Below are positions 21,729 to 33,046 of a DNA stretch of 64,000 nucleotides, piece by piece; positions within the stretch are counted from its first letter, which is position 1; every line of letters begins with the position of its first letter. The stretch lies in NCBI RefSeq assembly GCF_050320075.1, contig NZ_CP190018.1. The stretch is one strand, 5' to 3'. The notes under the pieces are model-generated. The model was not told where the DNA came from and searched no databases. It saw nothing but the letters and a program-made list of their open reading frames with translations. The translations under genes and the position numbers were made by a program. This DNA is from Escherichia coli. GTDB taxonomy: Bacteria > Pseudomonadota > Gammaproteobacteria > Enterobacterales > Enterobacteriaceae.

Positions 21729-23117
21729 ATGGCACTGCAAAATGAGAAAACTAGTCGTTATCTTTTGCGCGACTGGAAACCAGAAAATCCGGCCTTCTGG
21801 GAAAATAAAGGAAAACATATTGCTCGAAGAAACCTCTGGATATCAGTCAGTTGTCTACTTCTTGCCTTCTGTGTCTGGATGCTATTTAGCGCAGTTACTG
21901 TTAATCTCAATAAAATCGGTTTTAATTTCACTACCGATCAACTCTTTTTATTAACCGCATTACCCTCCGTTTCTGGCGCATTATTGCGTGTCCCCTACTC
22001 CTTTATGGTGCCTATATTTGGTGGACGCCGATGGACGGTTTTTAGTACTGCAATCCTGATTATTCCTTGCGTCTGGCTCGGAATTGCCGTGCAGAATCCG
22101 AATACTCCTTTTGGGATATTTATCGTTATCGCTTTGCTATGCGGTTTTGCAGGTGCGAACTTTGCTTCGAGCATGGGCAATATCAGTTTCTTCTTCCCAA
22201 AAGCCAAACAAGGGAGCGCACTTGGGATTAATGGCGGGTTAGGAAACTTAGGTGTAAGTGTGATGCAGCTGGTTGCACCGCTGGTCATTTTTGTACCCGT
22301 ATTTGCCTTTCTCGGCGTCAATGGCGTACCGCAGGCCGACGGTTCGGTGATGTCGCTGGCGAATGCCGCATGGATTTGGGTGCCATTACTGGCGATTGCC
22401 ACGATCGCCGCCTGGTCAGGGATGAATGATATCGCCAGTTCACGCGCGTCAATTGCCGACCAGCTGCCAGTGTTACAACGCCTGCATCTCTGGCTGCTGA
22501 GCCTGCTTTACCTTGCCACCTTCGGTTCGTTTATCGGTTTTTCTGCGGGTTTTGCCATGCTGGCGAAAACTCAGTTCCCTGATGTGAATATTCTGCGCCT
22601 GGCGTTCTTTGGCCCATTTATTGGTGCCATCGCGCGGTCGGTTGGTGGTGCTATTTCCGATAAATTCGGCGGCGTGCGGGTGACGTTGATCAACTTCATT
22701 TTTATGGCGATTTTCAGCGCCCTGCTGTTCCTTACCTTACCGGGCACAGGCTCCGGTAATTTCATCGCATTTTACGCCGTATTTATGGGGTTGTTTCTGA
22801 CCGCAGGTCTGGGAAGTGGTTCTACTTTCCAGATGATCGCCGTCATCTTTCGCCAGATAACCATTTATCGGGTGAAGATGAAAGGCGGTAGTGATGAGCA
22901 AGCTCAGAAAGAAGCCGTCACCGAAACGGCGGCGGCTCTGGGCTTTATCTCAGCCATTGGCGCAGTGGGCGGCTTTTTCATTCCGCAGGCGTTTGGCATG
23001 TCGCTCAATATGACCGGCTCTCCGGTAGGCGCGATGAAAGTGTTTTTAATCTTCTACATCGTTTGTGTGCTGCTGACCTGGCTGGTTTATGGTCGGCGGA
23101 AGTTCAGCCAAAAATAA
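21729..23117 (+). CDS. narU: Nitrate/nitrite transporter (MFS)
   Basis: ORF trimmed to MALQNEKTSRYLLRDWKPENPAFW (462 aa). Confidence 0.95.
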   Translation: MALQNEKTSRYLLRDWKPENPAFWENKGKHIARRNLWISVSCLLLAFCVWMLFSAVTVNLNKIGFNFTTDQLFLLTALPSVSGALLRVPYSFMVPIFGGRRWTVFSTAILIIPCVWLGIAVQNPNTPFGIFIVIALLCGFAGANFASSMGNISFFFPKAKQGSALGINGGLGNLGVSVMQLVAPLVIFVPVFAFLGVNGVPQADGSVMSLANAAWIWVPLLAIATIAAWSGMNDIASSRASIADQLPVLQRLHLWLLSLLYLATFGSFIGFSAGFAMLAKTQFPDVNILRLAFFGPFIGAIARSVGGAISDKFGGVRVTLINFIFMAIFSALLFLTLPGTGSGNFIAFYAVFMGLFLTAGLGSGSTFQMIAVIFRQITIYRVKMKGGSDEQAQKEAVTETAAALGFISAIGAVGGFFIPQAFGMSLNMTGSPVGAMKVFLIFYIVCVLLTWLVYGRRKFSQK

Positions 23118-23123
23118 GAGATC

Positions 23124-23176
23124 GATGCCTGACACGTCTTATCAGGCTACAACCGTGTCGCATCCGACAAGGCATC
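23124..23176. repeat. REP-like inverted pair (BIME-like)
   Basis: GATGCCTGACACGTCTTATCAGGCTAC...GTGTCGCATCCGACAAGGCATC, which resembles the CTTATCAGGCCTAC-type REP. Confidence 0.5.
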
Positions 23177-23211
23177 AGATCCCAATTCATTCCTGGAACA
23201 GGAGTTATGTC

Positions 23212-26200
23212 ATGAGTAAACTTTTGGATCGCTTTCGCTACTTCAAACAAAAGGGCGAAACCTTTGCCGATGGTCACGGACAGGTGATGCATAGCAACCG
23301 CGACTGGGAGGACAGCTATCGCCAGCGTTGGCAGTTCGACAAAATCGTGCGTTCCACCCACGGTGTTAACTGTACAGGCTCCTGTAGCTGGAAAATCTAC
23401 GTTAAAAATGGTCTGGTGACCTGGGAAATCCAACAGACCGACTACCCGCGCACTCGCCCTGACCTGCCCAATCATGAACCTCGCGGCTGCCCGCGCGGCG
23501 CAAGTTACTCCTGGTATCTCTACAGCGCTAACCGCCTGAAATACCCTCTCATTCGTAAACGACTGATTGAACTGTGGCGCGAAGCCCTCAAGCAACACAG
23601 CGATCCGGTACTGGCGTGGGCATCGATTATGAACGATCCGCAAAAGTGCCTAAGCTACAAACAAGTACGTGGACGCGGCGGCTTTATCCGCTCCAACTGG
23701 CAGGAGCTAAACCAGCTGATTGCCGCTGCTAACGTCTGGACCATCAAAACTTACGGCCCGGATCGCGTTGCCGGTTTCTCGCCGATCCCGGCGATGTCGA
23801 TGGTTTCTTACGCCGCCGGAACACGTTATCTTTCACTATTAGGTGGCACCTGTTTAAGCTTCTACGACTGGTATTGCGACCTGCCGCCCGCCTCGCCGAT
23901 GACCTGGGGCGAACAAACCGACGTGCCGGAATCTGCCGACTGGTATAACTCCAGTTACATCATCGCCTGGGGGTCTAACGTACCGCAGACACGTACGCCG
24001 GACGCCCATTTCTTTACCGAAGTACGCTACAAAGGCACTAAAACCATCGCCATTACCCCTGACTACTCTGAAGTGGCCAAATTGTGCGACCAGTGGCTGG
24101 CACCGAAACAAGGCACTGATAGTGCCCTGGCAATGGCAATGGGCCATGTCATTTTAAAAGAGTTTCATCTCGATAATCCCAGCGATTATTTTATCAACTA
24201 CTGCCGCCGCTACAGCGACATGCCGATGCTGGTAATGCTGGAACCTCGCGACGACGGCAGCTACGTTCCCGGGCGCATGGTCCGCGCATCTGACCTGGTG
24301 GATGGACTGGGCGAAAGCAACAATCCGCAGTGGAAAACCGTGGCGGTTAATACCGCAGGTGAACTGGTGGTGCCGAACGGTTCGATTGGTTTTCGCTGGG
24401 GAGAAAAAGGCAAATGGAATCTGGAATCCATTGCCGCCGGTACGGAAACCGAATTGTCGTTAACTCTGCTCGGTCAACATGATGCCGTTGCAGGCGTGGC
24501 CTTCCCCTACTTTGGCGGCATTGAAAATCCGCATTTTCGCAGCGTAAAAAACAATCCTGTCCTGGTGCGTCAATTACCCGTTAAAAACCTGACATTAGCC
24601 GATGGCAGCACCTGTCCGGTGGTCAGCGTTTATGATTTGGTACTGGCGAATTACGGCCTCGATCGCGGGCTGGAAGATGAAAACAGCGCGAAAGATTACG
24701 CTGAAATCAAACCGTACACCCCAGCCTGGGGTGAGCAAATTACCGGTGTGCCGCGCCAGTATATTGAAACCATCGCTCGTGAATTTGCCGATACTGCCCA
24801 TAAAACGCATGGGCGCTCGATGATTATCCTCGGCGCAGGTGTTAACCACTGGTACCACATGGACATGCACTACCGTGGGATGATCAACATGCTGATCTTC
24901 TGCGGTTGTGTCGGGCAAAGCGGTGGCGGATGGGCACACTATGTCGGTCAGGAAAAACTGCGCCCACAAACCGGCTGGTTGCCGCTGGCCTTTGCGCTCG
25001 ACTGGAACCGCCCACCGCGCCAGATGAACAGCACCTCGTTTTTCTACAATCATTCCAGCCAATGGCGCTATGAAAAAATCTCTGCTCAGGAGTTACTTTC
25101 ACCGCTCGCCGATGCCAGTAAGTACAGCGGTCATCTGATTGATTTCAACGTTCGTGCCGAACGTATGGGCTGGCTACCTTCTGCGCCGCAGCTGGGGCGT
25201 AACCCGCTCGGGATTAAAGCTGAAGCCGACAAGGCCGGATTATCCCCCACAGAATTTACCGCCCAGGCGCTGAAATCGGGCGATTTACGCATGGCCTGCG
25301 AACAACCAGATAGCGGCAGCAATCATCCGCGTAATTTGTTTGTCTGGCGTTCTAACCTGCTTGGCTCCTCCGGCAAAGGCCACGAGTATATGCAGAAGTA
25401 TCTGCTGGGAACCGAAAGTGGGATTCAGGGTCAGGAACTCGGTGCCAGCGACGGGATCAAACCAGAAGAAGTCGAGTGGCAAACTGCGGCGATTGAAGGC
25501 AAGCTCGACCTGCTGGTGACGCTCGACTTCCGTATGTCCAGTACCTGCCTGTTCTCCGATATCGTTCTGCCCACCGCCACCTGGTACGAAAAAGACGATA
25601 TGAACACCTCGGATATGCATCCGTTTATTCATCCGCTTTCTGCGGCGGTCGATCCGGCGTGGGAATCACGCAGCGACTGGGAAATCTACAAAGGTATTGC
25701 CAAAGCCTTTTCGCAAGTGTGCGTGGGCCATCTTGGCAAAGAAACCGACGTGGTATTACAACCACTGCTGCATGACTCTCCGGCAGAACTCTCACAGCCG
25801 TGTGAAGTGCTCGACTGGCGCAAAGGCGAATGTGATCTGATTCCAGGTAAAACTGCGCCCAATATTGTGGCGGTGGAACGCGACTACCCTGCTACCTATG
25901 AACGCTTTACCTCGCTCGGGCCATTGATGGACAAACTTGGCAACGGCGGTAAAGGGATTTCGTGGAATACCCAGGATGAAATCGATTTCCTCGGCAAACT
26001 CAACTACACCAAGCGTGAAGGCCCGGCACAGGGGCGTCCGCTGATTGACACCGCCATTGACGCATCAGAAGTGATTCTGGCTCTGGCACCGGAAACCAAC
26101 GGTCATGTTGCAGTCAAAGCGTGGCAGGCGCTGGGCGAGATCACCGGACGCGAACATACCCATCTGGCGCTGCACAAAGAGGACGAGAAGATTCGCTTTC

Positions 26201-26952
26201 GCGATATTCAGGCGCAGCCACGTAAAATTATCTCCAGCCCCACATGGTCTGGTCTGGAAAGCGATCACGTCTCCTATAACGCGGGATACACCAACGTTCA
26301 TGAGTTAATTCCGTGGCGCACGCTGTCGGGACGCCAGCAACTCTATCAGGATCATCCGTGGATGCGTGCTTTTGGTGAAAGCCTGGTGGCTTATCGCCCG
26401 CCTATCGACACCCGTAGCGTCAGTGAGATGCGCCAGATCCCGCCAAACGGCTTCCCGGAAAAAGCACTTAACTTCCTGACGCCGCACCAGAAATGGGGCA
26501 TTCACTCAACCTACAGTGAAAACCTGCTAATGCTGACGCTCTCTCGCGGTGGACCGATTGTCTGGATCAGCGAAACCGATGCCCGAGAACTGACCATTGT
26601 CGATAACGACTGGGTGGAAGTATTTAACGCCAACGGCGCGCTGACGGCCCGCGCGGTGGTCAGCCAACGTGTACCGCCGGGCATGACCATGATGTATCAC
26701 GCCCAGGAACGCATTATGAATATTCCTGGTTCGGAAGTAACTGGCATGCGCGGCGGCATTCATAACTCGGTCACCCGCGTTTGCCCGAAACCAACGCATA
26801 TGATTGGCGGTTACGCGCAGCTGGCCTGGGGCTTTAACTACTACGGTACCGTCGGCTCGAACCGTGACGAGTTCATCATGATCCGCAAGATGAAGAACGT
26901 TAACTGGCTGGATGATGAAGGTCGCGATCAGGTACAGGAGGCGAAAAAATGA
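23212..26952 (+). CDS. narZ: Respiratory nitrate reductase Z alpha subunit
   Basis: ORF trimmed to MSKLLDRFRYFKQKGETFADGHGQ (1246 aa). Confidence 0.96.
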   Translation: MSKLLDRFRYFKQKGETFADGHGQVMHSNRDWEDSYRQRWQFDKIVRSTHGVNCTGSCSWKIYVKNGLVTWEIQQTDYPRTRPDLPNHEPRGCPRGASYSWYLYSANRLKYPLIRKRLIELWREALKQHSDPVLAWASIMNDPQKCLSYKQVRGRGGFIRSNWQELNQLIAAANVWTIKTYGPDRVAGFSPIPAMSMVSYAAGTRYLSLLGGTCLSFYDWYCDLPPASPMTWGEQTDVPESADWYNSSYIIAWGSNVPQTRTPDAHFFTEVRYKGTKTIAITPDYSEVAKLCDQWLAPKQGTDSALAMAMGHVILKEFHLDNPSDYFINYCRRYSDMPMLVMLEPRDDGSYVPGRMVRASDLVDGLGESNNPQWKTVAVNTAGELVVPNGSIGFRWGEKGKWNLESIAAGTETELSLTLLGQHDAVAGVAFPYFGGIENPHFRSVKNNPVLVRQLPVKNLTLADGSTCPVVSVYDLVLANYGLDRGLEDENSAKDYAEIKPYTPAWGEQITGVPRQYIETIAREFADTAHKTHGRSMIILGAGVNHWYHMDMHYRGMINMLIFCGCVGQSGGGWAHYVGQEKLRPQTGWLPLAFALDWNRPPRQMNSTSFFYNHSSQWRYEKISAQELLSPLADASKYSGHLIDFNVRAERMGWLPSAPQLGRNPLGIKAEADKAGLSPTEFTAQALKSGDLRMACEQPDSGSNHPRNLFVWRSNLLGSSGKGHEYMQKYLLGTESGIQGQELGASDGIKPEEVEWQTAAIEGKLDLLVTLDFRMSSTCLFSDIVLPTATWYEKDDMNTSDMHPFIHPLSAAVDPAWESRSDWEIYKGIAKAFSQVCVGHLGKETDVVLQPLLHDSPAELSQPCEVLDWRKGECDLIPGKTAPNIVAVERDYPATYERFTSLGPLMDKLGNGGKGISWNTQDEIDFLGKLNYTKREGPAQGRPLIDTAIDASEVILALAPETNGHVAVKAWQALGEITGREHTHLALHKEDEKIRFRDIQAQPRKIISSPTWSGLESDHVSYNAGYTNVHELIPWRTLSGRQQLYQDHPWMRAFGESLVAYRPPIDTRSVSEMRQIPPNGFPEKALNFLTPHQKWGIHSTYSENLLMLTLSRGGPIVWISETDARELTIVDNDWVEVFNANGALTARAVVSQRVPPGMTMMYHAQERIMNIPGSEVTGMRGGIHNSVTRVCPKPTHMIGGYAQLAWGFNYYGTVGSNRDEFIMIRKMKNVNWLDDEGRDQVQEAKK

Positions 26953-28493
26953 AAATACGTTCGCAAGTCGGCATGGTGCTTAATCTCGATAAATGTATCG
27001 GCTGCCATACCTGTTCGGTGACCTGTAAAAACGTCTGGACCGGTCGCGAAGGCATGGAGTACGCATGGTTTAACAACGTCGAAACCAAACCGGGCATTGG
27101 TTATCCGAAAAACTGGGAAGATCAGGAAGAGTGGCAAGGCGGCTGGGTGCGTGATGTGAATGGCAAGATCCGCCCGCGTCTGGGCAGCAAGATGGGCGTA
27201 ATAACCAAAATCTTCGCCAACCCGGTGGTGCCGCAGATTGATGATTACTACGAACCTTTCACCTTCGACTACGAACATTTGCATAGCGCACCGGAAGGCA
27301 AACATATCCCTACTGCTCGCCCGCGTTCACTGATTGACGGCAAACGGATGGACAAAGTGATCTGGGGGCCAAACTGGGAAGAATTGTTGGGCGGCGAATT
27401 CGAAAAACGCGCCCATGACCGCAACTTCGAGGCCATGCAAAAGGAGATGTACGGGCAGTTTGAAAACACCTTCATGATGTACCTGCCGCGCTTGTGCGAA
27501 CACTGCCTCAATCCCAGTTGCGTGGCGACCTGCCCAAGCGGCGCTATCTACAAACGCGAAGAAGACGGCATTGTGCTGATCGATCAGGATAAATGCCGTG
27601 GCTGGCGTTTGTGCATTAGCGGTTGTCCGTACAAAAAAATCTACTTCAACTGGAAAAGCGGCAAGTCAGAAAAATGTATCTTCTGTTACCCACGAATTGA
27701 GTCAGGCCAACCCACCGTGTGCTCAGAAACCTGCGTGGGTCGCATCCGGTATCTGGGCGTGCTGCTTTACGACGCCGACCGCATCGAGGAAGCGGCGAGC
27801 ACCGAGCGCGAAGTTGACCTCTATGAACGCCAGTGCGAAGTGTTCCTCGATCCGCACGATCCCTCAGTGATCGAAGAAGCCCTGAAACAAGGTATTCCAC
27901 AAAATGTGATTGACGCTGCCCAGCGTTCGCCAGTCTACAAAATGGCGATGGACTGGAAACTGGCGTTACCGCTGCACCCTGAATACCGCACCCTGCCGAT
28001 GGTCTGGTACGTTCCTCCGCTGTCACCGATTCAGTCCTACGCAGATGCGGGCGGTTTGCCGAAAAGCGAAGGCGTGCTGCCCGCCATCGAAAGCCTGCGT
28101 ATTCCGGTGCAATATCTCGCCAATATGTTGAGTGCCGGCGATACCGGTCCGGTACTGCGGGCGCTGAAACGGATGATGGCGATGCGCCACTATATGCGTT
28201 CACAAACCGTGGAAGGCGTTACTGATACTCGTGCCATCGACGAAGTAGGCCTGAGCGTCGCCCAGGTCGAAGAAATGTATCGCTATCTCGCCATTGCCAA
28301 CTATGAAGATCGTTTTGTTATCCCGACCAGCCATCGGGAAATGGCGGGCGATGCCTTCGCAGAACGCAATGGCTGCGGTTTTACCTTTGGCGACGGTTGC
28401 CACGGTTCGGACAGTAAATTCAACCTGTTCAACAGTAGCCGTATCGATGCCATCAACATCACCGAAGTGCGCGACAAAGCGGAGGGCGAATAA
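26949..28493 (+). CDS. narY: Nitrate reductase Z beta subunit (Fe-S)
   Basis: A 514-aa protein, MKIRSQVGMVLNLDKCIGCHTCSVTCK. Its start overlaps the narZ stop. Confidence 0.96.
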   Translation: MKIRSQVGMVLNLDKCIGCHTCSVTCKNVWTGREGMEYAWFNNVETKPGIGYPKNWEDQEEWQGGWVRDVNGKIRPRLGSKMGVITKIFANPVVPQIDDYYEPFTFDYEHLHSAPEGKHIPTARPRSLIDGKRMDKVIWGPNWEELLGGEFEKRAHDRNFEAMQKEMYGQFENTFMMYLPRLCEHCLNPSCVATCPSGAIYKREEDGIVLIDQDKCRGWRLCISGCPYKKIYFNWKSGKSEKCIFCYPRIESGQPTVCSETCVGRIRYLGVLLYDADRIEEAASTEREVDLYERQCEVFLDPHDPSVIEEALKQGIPQNVIDAAQRSPVYKMAMDWKLALPLHPEYRTLPMVWYVPPLSPIQSYADAGGLPKSEGVLPAIESLRIPVQYLANMLSAGDTGPVLRALKRMMAMRHYMRSQTVEGVTDTRAIDEVGLSVAQVEEMYRYLAIANYEDRFVIPTSHREMAGDAFAERNGCGFTFGDGCHGSDSKFNLFNSSRIDAINITEVRDKAEGE

Positions 28494-29188
28494 TGCAGAT
28501 CCTCAAAGTGATCGGCCTGCTGATGGAGTATCCAGACGAGCTGTTGTGGGAATGTAAGGAGGACGCGCTGGCGTTGATCCGCCGCGACGCACCGATGCTT
28601 ACGGATTTTACCCGCAACCTGCTTAACGCGCCGCTGCTGGATAAACAGGCCGAATGGTGCGAAGTGTTTGACCGTGGACGTACCACATCGCTGCTGCTGT
28701 TCGAACATGTTCATGCCGAGTCCCGCGATCGCGGCCAGGCAATGGTGGACCTGCTGGCGGAGTATGAAAAGGTCGGCCTGCAGTTGGATTGTCGAGAACT
28801 GCCCGATTATCTACCGCTGTATCTGGAGTACTTAAGCGTACTGCCGGACGATCAGGCGAAAGAAGGCTTGCTCAACGTTGCGCCGATCCTCGCCCTGCTT
28901 GGCGGACGCTTAAAACAACGCGAGGCATCGTGGTACGCGTTATTTGACACCCTGTTGCAACTGGCAGGAAGTACACTTTCAAGTGACAGTGTCACAAAAC
29001 AGGTGAACAGTGAGGAGCGCGATGACACCCGCCAGGCACTGGATGCGGTGTGGGAAGAGGAACAGGTGAAGTTTATTGAAGATAACGCCACGGCGTGTGA
29101 CAGCTCGCCGCTTAATCAATATCAGCGACGCTTTAGCCAGGATGTCGCGCCGCAGTATGTCGACATCAGTGCGGGAGGTGGGAAATGA
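28493..29188 (+). CDS. narW: Nitrate reductase Z assembly chaperone
   Basis: A 231-aa protein of the NarJ family. Its start overlaps the narY stop. Confidence 0.94.
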   Translation: MQILKVIGLLMEYPDELLWECKEDALALIRRDAPMLTDFTRNLLNAPLLDKQAEWCEVFDRGRTTSLLLFEHVHAESRDRGQAMVDLLAEYEKVGLQLDCRELPDYLPLYLEYLSVLPDDQAKEGLLNVAPILALLGGRLKQREASWYALFDTLLQLAGSTLSSDSVTKQVNSEERDDTRQALDAVWEEEQVKFIEDNATACDSSPLNQYQRRFSQDVAPQYVDISAGGGK

Positions 29189-29865
29189 TTCAGTATCTGA
29201 ACGTCTTTTTTTACGATATCTACCCGTACATTTGTGCGACGGTGTTTTTCCTCGGCAGCTGGCTGCGCTACGACTACGGGCAGTATACCTGGCGCGCCTC
29301 CTCGAGTCAGATGCTCGATAAACGCGGGATGGTGATATGGTCGAATCTGTTCCATATCGGCATTTTGGGGATTTTCTTCGGGCACCTGTTCGGCATGTTA
29401 ACGCCGCACTGGATGTACGCGTGGTTTCTGCCGGTGGCGGTAAAACAGCAGATGGCGATGGTGCTCGGTGGTATTTGCGGTGTATTGACGCTGATTGGCG
29501 GCGCAGGACTGCTGTGGCGCAGGCTGACAAATCAGCGCGTGCGTGCCACTTCCACTACGCCGGATATTATCATCATGATCATTTTGCTGATTCAGTGTCT
29601 GCTGGGGCTAAGTACCATACCGTTTTCAGCACAGTATCCTGATGGTAGCGAAATGATGAAGCTGGTGGGTTGGGCGCAAAGCATTGTCACTTTCCGTGGT
29701 GGATCGTCAGAAATGCTTAACGGCGTAGCGTTCGTTTTCCGCCTGCATCTGGTGTTGGGAATGACCATCTTCCTGCTCTTCCCGTTCACCCGACTGGTGC
29801 ATGTGTGGAGCGCGCCGTTTGAGTACTTTACTCGTCGGTATCAGATTGTGCGCTCGCGGCGATAA
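29185..29865 (+). CDS. narV: Nitrate reductase Z gamma subunit (cytochrome b)
   Basis: A 226-aa membrane protein. Its start overlaps the narW stop. Confidence 0.95.
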   Translation: MIQYLNVFFYDIYPYICATVFFLGSWLRYDYGQYTWRASSSQMLDKRGMVIWSNLFHIGILGIFFGHLFGMLTPHWMYAWFLPVAVKQQMAMVLGGICGVLTLIGGAGLLWRRLTNQRVRATSTTPDIIIMIILLIQCLLGLSTIPFSAQYPDGSEMMKLVGWAQSIVTFRGGSSEMLNGVAFVFRLHLVLGMTIFLLFPFTRLVHVWSAPFEYFTRRYQIVRSRR

Positions 29866-29943
29866 TTTCACCCTGGCCGGATAGCCCTTCGCTCTCCGGC
29901 CACTTGCAGGCTATGATAGTTCTCCAGCCACAGGAGAACGTTA

Positions 29944-30837
29944 ATGAAACCGCAGGTGTACCACGTCGATGCTTTTACCTCACAACCGTTTCGCGGCAAT
30001 TCTGCCGGTGTTGTTTTCCCCGCCGATAATCTCAGTGAAGCGCAAATGCAGCTTATCGCCCGCGAATTAGGTCATTCGGAAACTGCTTTTCTGCTGCACA
30101 GCGACGACAGCGATGTACGCATCCGCTACTTTACGCCAACGGTTGAAGTGCCGATTTGCGGTCACGCGACAGTAGCTGCGCACTATGTACGTGCGAAGGT
30201 GTTAGGTTTAGGAAATTGCACGATCTGGCAAACGTCACTGGCAGGAAAACATCGCGTGACTATCGAAAAGCACAACGATGATTATCGTATTTCGCTGGAA
30301 CAAGGTCCGCCGGGCTTTGAACCGCCGCTGGAAGGTGAAACACGTGCGGCGATTATCAACGCGCTTCATCTCACTGAAGACGATATTCTGCCAGGCTTGC
30401 CAATTCAGGTGGCAACCACAGGACACTCAAAAGTGATGATCCCACTGAAACCGGAAGTGGATATCGACGCCCTTTCGCCTGACCTTAATGCGCTGACCGC
30501 TATCAGCAAACAGATTGGCTGCAATGGTTTCTTCCCGTTCCAGATCCGCCCAGGCAAAAACGAAACCGACGGTCGTATGTTCTCGCCTGCCATTGGTATT
30601 GTGGAAGATCCGGTGACCGGCAATGCCAATGGCCCGATGGGTGCATGGTTGGTACATCACAACGTATTGCCCCACGATGGCAACGTGTTGCATGTTAAAG
30701 GCCATCAGGGGCGCGCATTAGGGCGTGACGGCGTGATTGAAGTGACGGTGACAATTCGCGATAACCAACCGGAGAAAGTCACCATTTCTGGCACAGCGGT
30801 GATTTTGTTTCATGCCGAATGGGCAATTGAATTCTGA
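29944..30837 (+). CDS. yddE: PhzF-family isomerase-like protein
   Basis: A 297-aa protein, MKPQVYHVDAFTSQPFRGNSAGVV. Confidence 0.92.
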   Translation: MKPQVYHVDAFTSQPFRGNSAGVVFPADNLSEAQMQLIARELGHSETAFLLHSDDSDVRIRYFTPTVEVPICGHATVAAHYVRAKVLGLGNCTIWQTSLAGKHRVTIEKHNDDYRISLEQGPPGFEPPLEGETRAAIINALHLTEDDILPGLPIQVATTGHSKVMIPLKPEVDIDALSPDLNALTAISKQIGCNGFFPFQIRPGKNETDGRMFSPAIGIVEDPVTGNANGPMGAWLVHHNVLPHDGNVLHVKGHQGRALGRDGVIEVTVTIRDNQPEKVTISGTAVILFHAEWAIEF

Positions 30838-30843
30838 AACCGT

Positions 30844-30909
30844 TGCCTGATGCGCTTCGCTTATCAGGTCTATGTATGCCGGATAAGGCGTTTACGCCGC
30901 ATCCGGCAA
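30844..30909. repeat. BIME (two REP units)
   Basis: TGCCTGATGCGCTTCGCTTATCAGGTCTA and TGCCGGATAAGGCGTTTACGCCGCATCCGGCA. Confidence 0.8.
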
Positions 30910-30920
30910 CCTGACATAAA

Positions 30921-31766
30921 TTATTTTCCCGCCTCCGGGTGCGTATCAAACGCAGCCATCACCAGCGCTAACTCATCCACAGTAAAGCCATGTTTCACAT
31001 CATCCACGCCCAGACCAAACTGTTCCTGCATCACGGCATATAACGACGCCACATCTGGTAGATTTCGCTGCTCCACCGTGTGCCCATTTTCATAATGGGT
31101 AAAATGAAAATTGGTCAGTGTCAGCTTGCCGCCGTCCGGCAAATGGCGGCACATCAGCAAATGATGGCGAAAATGCGACTGCGGCCAGTGCGCAGACCAG
31201 AAATTGCCCATTACATAATCGCTTTGTTGCTGCTCGCAGAGATCAAAACGGTACATCGACTGCCAGTGCTGATGATGATTAAATTGCAACACCCAATCAT
31301 CACCCTCCTGCAACAACCGATACTCTCCGTGTGGCGTGGTCTGCACGAGCTCGGGAACTAATCGAATCGGCGCGGTTAGCGTCTGTCCACCGAAACCGAC
31401 ATCAGCAATCCATTTTTCCCCTTCCACTTCCACCAACAACAAACGATGGGTGCGCGGCGGTAATGCTGGCGGATTTGATAACACTACGCGCCCTAACAAG
31501 CTGCGAACGTTAAACCCCAGCTCGCGTAACACCCGCTCAAACACGCCATTCTGCTCAAAACAGTAACCACCACGACGGGCTGTCACCAGTTTCTCTTCCA
31601 GCGATTGATCATCAAGCTGTATTTCCCTCGGCAGCAAAACGTCGAGGTTTTCAAACGGAATGGTGCAATTGTGTTTCAGGTGCAATGCACGCAGCGTATC
31701 TATATTGACCGCAGCAGCTCCCAACCAGTTAATACGGGCAAAATAGTGATTCAGAATGGGCGTCAT
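30921..31766 (-). CDS. nhoA: Arylamine N-acetyltransferase
   Basis: A 281-aa protein, MTPILNHYFARINW..., with RGGYCFE around the active-site Cys. Confidence 0.94.
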   Translation of the reverse strand: MTPILNHYFARINWLGAAAVNIDTLRALHLKHNCTIPFENLDVLLPREIQLDDQSLEEKLVTARRGGYCFEQNGVFERVLRELGFNVRSLLGRVVLSNPPALPPRTHRLLLVEVEGEKWIADVGFGGQTLTAPIRLVPELVQTTPHGEYRLLQEGDDWVLQFNHHQHWQSMYRFDLCEQQQSDYVMGNFWSAHWPQSHFRHHLLMCRHLPDGGKLTLTNFHFTHYENGHTVEQRNLPDVASLYAVMQEQFGLGVDDVKHGFTVDELALVMAAFDTHPEAGK

Positions 31767-31940
31767 CAGGCGTTTCCCTTAGTGGTTTTCTCAACTTATA
31801 ACCTGGAATAGACGCTGCACCGGCTATTTTGTGCGATCGCGGACATGCATCACGTTCGCAAATCGCCAATCCCGTTAATTTCGTTACTTATTGCGTTACG
31901 AGCTACGCTTTTAAAACACCCTTCATAGCGAGGCGATACC

Positions 31941-32510
31941 GTGAGCCGATTCATCCCTGTCGAATTACACCATGCCAGCCGTCTGTTAAATCATGGCCCA
32001 ACTGTCTTGATCACCAGTTTCGATGAGCAATCCCAGCGGCGTAACATTATGGCAGCCGCCTGGTCAATGCCGGTGGAGTTTGAACCGCCACGCGTGGCGA
32101 TTGTGGTAGATAAATCGACATGGACCAGGGAGTTGATTGAACGTAATGGTAAGTTTGGCATCGTTATCCCGGGTGTTGCAGCAACTAACTGGACGTGGGC
32201 GGTGGGAAGTGTGTCGGGGCGTGATGAAGATAAGTTTAATTGCTATGGTATTCCGGTTGTGAAAGGTCCGGTGCTTGGTTTGCCGCTGGTCGAGGAAAAA
32301 TGTCTGGCGTGGATGGAGTGTCGCCTGCTACCTGCAACTTCCGCGCAAGAAAAATACGATACGCTATTTGGCGAAGTGGTATCTGCAGCGGCAGACGCAC
32401 GAGTATTTGTCGAAGGCCGCTGGCAGTTTGATGATGACAAACTCAATACGTTGCATCATTTAGGTGCTGGCACGTTTGTTACCAGCGGCAAGCGTGTTAC
32501 GGCAGGTTAA
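31941..32510 (+). CDS. yddH: Flavin reductase-like domain protein
   Basis: A 189-aa ORF with a GTG start, MSRFIPVELHHASRLLNHGPTVLITS. Confidence 0.88.
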   Translation: MSRFIPVELHHASRLLNHGPTVLITSFDEQSQRRNIMAAAWSMPVEFEPPRVAIVVDKSTWTRELIERNGKFGIVIPGVAATNWTWAVGSVSGRDEDKFNCYGIPVVKGPVLGLPLVEEKCLAWMECRLLPATSAQEKYDTLFGEVVSAAADARVFVEGRWQFDDDKLNTLHHLGAGTFVTSGKRVTAG

Positions 32511-32513
32511 GCA

Positions 32514-32741
32514 TTACATGCTGTAACCGGGTTTCTTTATCAAAGCCTCCATTTGGGGCGCGATTTCGGCATCCCAGATAGCTTGCCAAGATTCTGGTTG
32601 AATCTGCTGTAGAGAAATGCTTATCGAGCTATCTTTACTGTTCAGATGGCGAATAATAACGTCGGTAATATCTGCAGCAAGTGCTGCTTTTTGTTGTTCG
32701 TCCAGTTCACGCGGAAAACATTTAATGTCTATGTGCGGCAT
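32514..32741 (-). CDS. pptA: Tautomerase (4-OT family)
   Basis: ORF trimmed to [21 protein letters not shown] (catalytic Pro after Met), 75 aa. Confidence 0.9.
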   Translation of the reverse strand: MPHIDIKCFPRELDEQQKAALAADITDVIIRHLNSKDSSISISLQQIQPESWQAIWDAEIAPQMEALIKKPGYSM

Positions 32742-33046
32742 GATTGTGCTCCTTTTGAAAGATGTCAGTAAAATTAACACACGTTGTGAATGTCGTGTGT
32801 CCGGTAATGCGTTTTTACGGCAATAATGCCTACTTGAAATTGTACATATTTGTACTACACACTTTTAAATAAAGCGCCAATGAAAACGTTAACTTGCAGA
32901 ATATATTCTTCGCCAACATGCCATTAAGAAAACATCAATTTCCCGGCTTGCCAATTTGTTAACGCCCATTATAGTTATTCTTGCCCTCACTAAAAATTTT
33001 CATCCGTAATTACCCCCAATAAAAATCCATTCTGGAGACGCTTAAG